32,000 nt of DNA from Candidatus Saccharimonadota bacterium (GTDB lineage: Bacteria; Patescibacteriota; Gracilibacteria; BD1-5; UBA2023): contig JAXLZO010000001.1 in NCBI GenBank assembly GCA_046350815.1, positions 1 through 32,000 of the forward strand, given 5' to 3'. Each line of letters starts with the position of its first letter. Position 1 is the first letter of the stretch. The notes under the pieces were generated by a model. The model was not told the DNA's origin. It saw only the letters and a program-made list of their open reading frames with translations, and made no database searches. The translations under genes were made by a program, and so were the position numbers. Below, one piece after another: positions 29,598 through 32,000 of the stretch.

Positions 29598-29981
29598 ATG
29601 AATGTAATGATTTTTTCCAAATATATGAACACTCCTATAGAAATTAAAAGCAAGAACGAACAAGGCGCTATGGTATTTGAATTCCATGGTGAACTTGATG
29701 AAACTAATGCTGACAAGACATTTACTGATATCTATAGCAGTATAGGTGATTTTAAATCCAAGAAAATCATCTTGAATCTTGTCGAACTCAAGTATCTCAA
29801 CAGTAAATCCATCGGATATATCGCTGATATTTTCTCCAATCTTGAAGACGTCGGATCAAAGATGGCACTCTCCAATATTCTTCCAGAAGTTCATGACACA
29901 CTCGAACTCGTTGGAATCCTCCAAATTATCCCAGCATTTGCGAGTGAGCAAGAAGCAGTTGCTTCATTTGTTGCGACATAA
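29598..29981 (+). CDS. STAS-domain anti-sigma-factor antagonist (SpoIIAA-like)
   Basis: The sequence is FEFHGELDETNADKTF...KIILNLVELKYLNSKSIGYIADIF...ALSNILPEVHDTLELVGILQIIP, with the conserved phosphorylatable-Ser context (LNSKSIG). It has no TGA. An alternative start lies at 29625. Stop is TAA. Confidence 0.78.
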   Translation: MNVMIFSKYMNTPIEIKSKNEQGAMVFEFHGELDETNADKTFTDIYSSIGDFKSKKIILNLVELKYLNSKSIGYIADIFSNLEDVGSKMALSNILPEVHDTLELVGILQIIPAFASEQEAVASFVAT

Positions 29982-29996
29982 AATCATATCTTGATT

Positions 29997-30032
29997 AAAA
30001 AATCCTTCAGAAATATTTCTGAAGGATTTTTT
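29997..30032 (+). terminator. Strong rho-independent terminator
   Basis: A perfect 18-nt palindrome arm pair, AAAAAATCCTTCAGAAAT / ATTTCTGAAGGATTTTTT, follows the STAS stop directly. Confidence 0.7.
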
Positions 30033-30051
30033 CATCTGATGACTCCAATAT

Positions 30052-30340
30052 AGATCCTGAACTAAATTCAGGATGATAAAATACAACTCCCCCCTACTCG
30101 TAAACTCATTTTTTCCTCATTGAGGGGGATCAAAGTTGAAGTTCTTTATTTCTTCCCCTCTTGAGGGGTGCCGAAGGCGGGGTGGCTGTATTTTTGCCTG
30201 AGTCATTTCGAACAAAGTGAGAAATCCCTTCGAATTACCTTTCAGTGAGAATATTATATATAAGGGATCTCTCCTAATGTCGAGATGACGAATATAGAAG
30301 AAAAAGTAGGTCCCCTTATCTACGCGAGGATAACAAATTC
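30052..30340. repeat. Cluster of GC-rich hairpin repeats of the same family as at 6238-6418
   Basis: The elements are AGATCCTGAACTAAATTCAGGAT (30052-30074), TCCCCC...GGGGGATC (30089-30131), CCCCTCTTGAGGGG (30155-30168) and GCCGAAGGCGGGG (30170-30182). There is also an inverted pair, GTCATTTCGAACAAAGTGAGAAATCCC (30202-30228) and GGGATCTCTCCTAATGTCGAGATGAC (30264-30289), and TTATCTACGCGAGGATAA (30316-30333). Confidence 0.45.
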
Positions 30341-30354
30341 ACCGCAAAGAATCC

Positions 30355-31671
30355 CTACCGAAGTTCTTCAAGAACTTTATCTCGAATAGTATAATTTTCG
30401 TATATTTTTTGAAACATACTAACTCATGGAGAAACAACAGAATTAACCATCATCATTCCAACAACATTCTTTCGTTGAAATATGGAACCAAAACTTTGAT
30501 CTATAGAATATTCTTCCATAAAAGGCATATACGCTTTTCATTTGAAAAAACCCGACCACTCAAGACACCGCCATGAATCTGCTGGTAAATTATCTTGTCC
30601 ATAGAGAATCTGAAAATAGCAAGCATCAAGCATTTGTTGTGTCTCTCTTCGATCCAGAGTTAGACGACCAAACCACTCGCTCAACACATCTGAATCACGG
30701 GTCCAATCCTGTGGCACACCTGCCAGATCAAGCGTTTGATTCACTAGTTCATTCGTCTGATAATACTCAAACTGCCATGCACGCTGCTTTAAATCTTCCT
30801 TAGAGACGATAGGCACAAGGAGTATTTCTTTGATTTGAGACCTTGAAACATCAGACAATTCAATGTTATGAAGGATATAAGAGATTAAATTGAGACTGTA
30901 TTTCTCAGAAGCTATCATAATCATAGTTGGAACCATATTCGTCGTTCCTTCTTTCATTTTTTGACTAAATCAGTAGAGAAAGAGAGTTTTTCTCACGCAA
31001 TCATCCTCTCGATCTGCAAGACAATCCAGAAGTGCACTATAGCTCACATTTCTCGCAAATCTCTGTATTCACTCCTGAGGCATGCCCAGAGTCAAGAGAG
31101 AATCTTTATCACGAATATCAATTTTTGGAAGAACGGGAACAAATTGATATTGACTCATAATTTCCTCCATCTTTGGTATGATCTCATCCAAAGATGTGTT
31201 CAATATGTCAAAAGATTGTTGGTATTCTCCGGAGAGATATTGAGACTGAATAATGCGAATTTCATCAGGCGTTATGAAACGATTTTTTGGTGAACGTGCA
31301 CCAAAAGGCTCAGAAGAAAAAAGAACATTTCGAGAAACACTTCAATTATCAATATCAACGCTCGTACTTCCACCAAAAAGAAGATCTGATCATTCCATTT
31401 GACATATTTTCTGATCAATATTTATTTCGCTACAATGCTTCTTGCGAATATTCTGAAATTCCTCAGAGTAGAGCTTCTGGATAAGAAGATAACCATTTTG
31501 ACCATCCGGAATTGGTTGTACCTGAGGCATAAGAGATCCTGTATCCACATCAGGAATATTGAGATCCACATTGGAATTCCAAGCAAAAATACCAAGCCAA
31601 ACGACAAAAAGAAGAGCTGGAAGCATCAAGAGAACGATTAGGATTCTTTTAAGAATTTTCATACAAAACAT
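30355..31671 (-). CDS. Hypothetical membrane-anchored protein (438 aa) downstream of pilT
   Basis: Track ORFs 31390..31671 and 30538..30957 are in the same frame. The 430 nt between them were translated codon by codon (TGA at 31390, 31342, 31069, 30970) with no TAA or TAG. The frame continues through TGA at 30538 and 30424 to TAG at 30355-30357. The N-terminal TM helix is MKILKRILIVLLMLPALLFVVWLGIFAW. Confidence 0.6.
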
Positions 31672-31681
31672 ATATTATAAA

Positions 31682-32000
31682 CTACATCACACCATCACGA
31701 ATCATCTGTGGGTTATTTGCATACTTGAGAGCCTCATCAAGAGTGATTTCTCAGAACTTCACTGAATCAATAAGATCATGTTCCAGCAGCTGCATTCCTT
31801 CAGTTCGTCCTGTTTGCATGACGGATGGGAGTTGATGAAGCTCATTTTCACGAATAAGATTCGCGACCGCGGCATTACGAATAAGTATCTCTTTTACCAT
31901 TTTAACACCATATTGATCTTTTTTGAGAAGGAGACGTTGACTAAATACCGCTACAAGTGCTTCAGCAAGTTGCACACGAATTTGATTCTGTTGATCACCT
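31682..32000 (-). CDS. pilT: Type IV pilus retraction ATPase PilT, C-terminal part (5' end lies off the window)
   Basis: The sequence is GDQQNQIRVQLAEALVAVFSQRLLLKKDQYGVKMVKEILIRNAAVANLIRENELHQLPSVMQTGRTEGMQLLEHDLIDSVKF-G-EITLDEALKYANNPQMI, a typical PilT/PilU C-terminus. Stop is TAG at 31682-31684. Confidence 0.85.

Noticed and set aside
1-32000. Interpretation that the fragmented ORFs represent a decaying genome full of pseudogenes.
   Set aside because: All the interruptions are TGA. None are TAA, TAG or frameshifts. They fall on conserved glycine columns in many unrelated families. Decay would give random stops and indels.
1-32000. Genetic code 4 (TGA = Trp, as in Mycoplasma and some other reduced genomes).
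   Set aside because: The residues required at the TGA sites are glycines: the GxG of the SDR Rossmann motif, GGEP, the pilin leader Gly and FPEGG. Trp at those positions would destroy the motifs.
1-32000. A search for CRISPR arrays, tRNA or rRNA genes, retron- or DGR-like repeats.
   Set aside because: No regularly spaced direct repeats, no cloverleaf-compatible GC-rich segments (no GGTTCGA-type T-arms) and no template/variable repeat pairs were seen. The only repeats are the hairpin family and the IS inverted repeats.

Overview
This is an AT-rich bacterial window that is only coherent under genetic code 25 (TGA = Gly), the code of Gracilibacteria and Absconditabacteria/SR1 in the CPR/Patescibacteria. 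The supplied standard-code ORF track splits almost every real gene into same-frame pieces separated by TGA. Those TGAs repeatedly fall on invariant glycines of well-known motifs: SDR TGxxxGxG, radical-SAM GGEP, the CDP-alcohol transferase DGx2ARx8Gx3Dx3D, MltG GLPxGPI, GNAT RGxGxG, PlsC FPEGG and the prepilin G|FTLxE site. Every gene I call ends in TAA or TAG. Re-reading by hand with TGA = Gly gives about 40 tightly packed genes. Housekeeping genes include polA (5' end), an MscS channel, mltG, gltX, a HIT protein, rseP, hpf, a NUDIX hydrolase, tsaE, a FemAB-family transferase, a STAS protein and pilT (3' end). Envelope genes include a type IV pilin, a secreted repeat protein and a 682-aa coiled-coil M23 plus glucosaminidase-like lytic enzyme. 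One intact IS1595-family element carries a transposase that itself contains six in-frame TGA codons. Two intergenic clusters share a GC-rich GTCAT...GATC hairpin (MITE-like) repeat family. The most interesting part is a gapless, overlapping, single-strand gene array on the + strand (core 13063-21179, possibly starting at 9494). It combines two radical-SAM enzymes, a CDP-alcohol phosphatidyltransferase, a polyprenol/phytol-kinase-like CTP-transferase-family protein, a UbiA prenyltransferase, a rifampicin-phosphotransferase-like PEP-utilising enzyme, a GNAT, and a fusion of a CDP-archaeol-synthase-like (CarS) domain to a PlsC acyltransferase. I read this as a candidate isoprenoid/ether or hybrid membrane-lipid pathway in a lineage usually considered poor in lipid synthesis. 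I found no rRNA, tRNA or CRISPR array. All family calls are motif-level recognition by eye, not database searches.
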